Origin: Candidatus Woesearchaeota archaeon
GTDB lineage: Archaea > Nanobdellota > Nanobdellia > Woesearchaeales > GW2011-AR9
Reading direction: 5' to 3'
Length of the DNA: 32,209 nucleotides
Assembly (NCBI GenBank): GCA_016185685.1
Contig: JACPNC010000023.1
Location: 1 to 32,209, forward strand
The stretch's first letter is position 1; each line of letters starts with the position of its first letter. Shown here in pieces: positions 31,704 to 32,209 of this stretch. A program made the translations under genes and the position numbers. Under the pieces are notes generated by a model, which saw nothing but the letters and a program-made list of their open reading frames with translations, had not been told where the DNA came from and searched no databases.

Positions 31704-32009
31704 ATGGAAGGAAAAGTAAAGTTCTTTAACAGAACAAAAGGATTTGGTTTTATTGTTGGCGATGATGGTCGCGATTACTTCGTGCATCATTCTGCTCTCA
31801 ATAGAGGAACGTTCCTGCGAGAAAATGACAAAGTTTCATTTGACGCAGCAGAAACAGAACGTGGTTGGCAGGCAAGAAATGTAACTTTGCTGCAGAAAGG
31901 CTCTGAACTTGCTGGAGCACCTCAAGGATCACAAGATCAAGCTTCTGAAGGATCCAATGAAGAATCAGCTGAAGAACCTGCAGCTGAAGAAGAAGAACAA
32001 GAAGCATAA
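31704..32009 (+). CDS. Cold-shock domain protein with an acidic C-terminal tail
   Basis: GKVKFFNRTKGFGFI (RNP1-like) and DYFVHHS (RNP2-like) are present. GGAGG (31691-31695) lies 8 nt before ATG 31704. The tail is Glu/Ala/Ser-rich. Confidence 0.85.
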   Translation: MEGKVKFFNRTKGFGFIVGDDGRDYFVHHSALNRGTFLRENDKVSFDAAETERGWQARNVTLLQKGSELAGAPQGSQDQASEGSNEESAEEPAAEEEEQEA

Positions 32010-32089
32010 GCTTTTTGTTTTGATTTAAAAGTCTGATTTAAATTTTTCTTATTTTTTTACTATTTTTTAGTAATTATTTAGCTTTCAGA

Positions 32090-32209
32090 AGTGCCACCAT
32101 CATTAAGTCGAGCTTCTTCAATATCCATATCGAGCTGACAAGGGGGTTGTCCAATCCGGGGAACGTCAGCCATCGATATAAACGACGAAAGCGAGAAGAT
32201 GGTGGCACT
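32090..32209. other. About 120-nt GC-enriched element closed by a perfect 12-bp inverted repeat and ending exactly at the window edge; either a structured RNA or the 3' end of a minus-strand CDS
   Basis: agtgccaccatc (32090-32101) pairs with gatggtggcact (32198-32209). The inner helix is atatcga-g-ctgac (32127-32139) / gtcag-cca-tcgatat (32165-32179). A minus-strand frame is open from the window edge to a stop at 32078-32080, with a Met at 32173 (MADVPRIGQPPCQLDMDIEEARLNDGGTSES). Confidence 0.35.

Noticed and set aside
1-32209. tRNA, rRNA, CRISPR, transposase and integrase genes
   Set aside because: I scanned by eye for T-loop-like GGTTCRAATCC/GGATTYGAACC strings, long spacer-separated direct repeats and DDE/recombinase-like ORFs, and found none. 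A covariance-model scan would be needed to exclude atypical or split tRNAs.

Overview
Dense, low-GC (roughly 35-40% by eye) chromosomal segment that looks archaeal, probably from a small-genome DPANN-like lineage. The archaeal markers are Taw1/TYW1, prefoldin alpha next to FtsY, an archaeal-type NadM NMN adenylyltransferase, Lrp/AsnC, and A/T-rich TATA-like boxes about 20-35 nt upstream of several ATGs. Some starts also carry a GGAGG-type RBS. I support about 40 CDS. I recognised no rRNA, tRNA, CRISPR array, transposase or integrase. All family calls rest on motifs read by eye from the supplied translations, not on searches.

Three themes stand out:
1. NAD/ADP-ribose genes are unusually concentrated: nadE, a Nudix ADPRase-like gene plus nadM, an ADP-ribosylglycohydrolase, nadK, a divergent Prs-like enzyme, nadA and a NudC-like Nudix.
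2. There are three minimal-nucleotidyltransferase (MNT) loci. One is a classical HEPN-MNT pair. The second is an MntA-HepT pair. In it the hepT reading frame is broken by a 67-nt palindrome carrying TAA-TAG, and hepT is translationally coupled to an ADP-ribosylglycohydrolase followed by a second MNT. This is my best candidate for an undescribed module.
3. Signalling-type or unknown cassettes: a Hanks kinase-vWA-unknown triad, a membrane protein-NadK-kinase operon, a degenerate FAD-oxidoreductase::methyltransferase fusion, two tandem paralogs of unknown family, and two coiled-coil proteins with proline-rich basic tails.

Several intergenic structures are also flagged: a GC-rich island at 2985-3364, twin perfect hairpins at 8321-8408, a 22-bp palindrome at 9493-9514, a long nadA leader, and a 120-nt helix-closed element at the 3' window edge. 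Two sub-60-aa ORFs missing from the ORF track are flagged as well.
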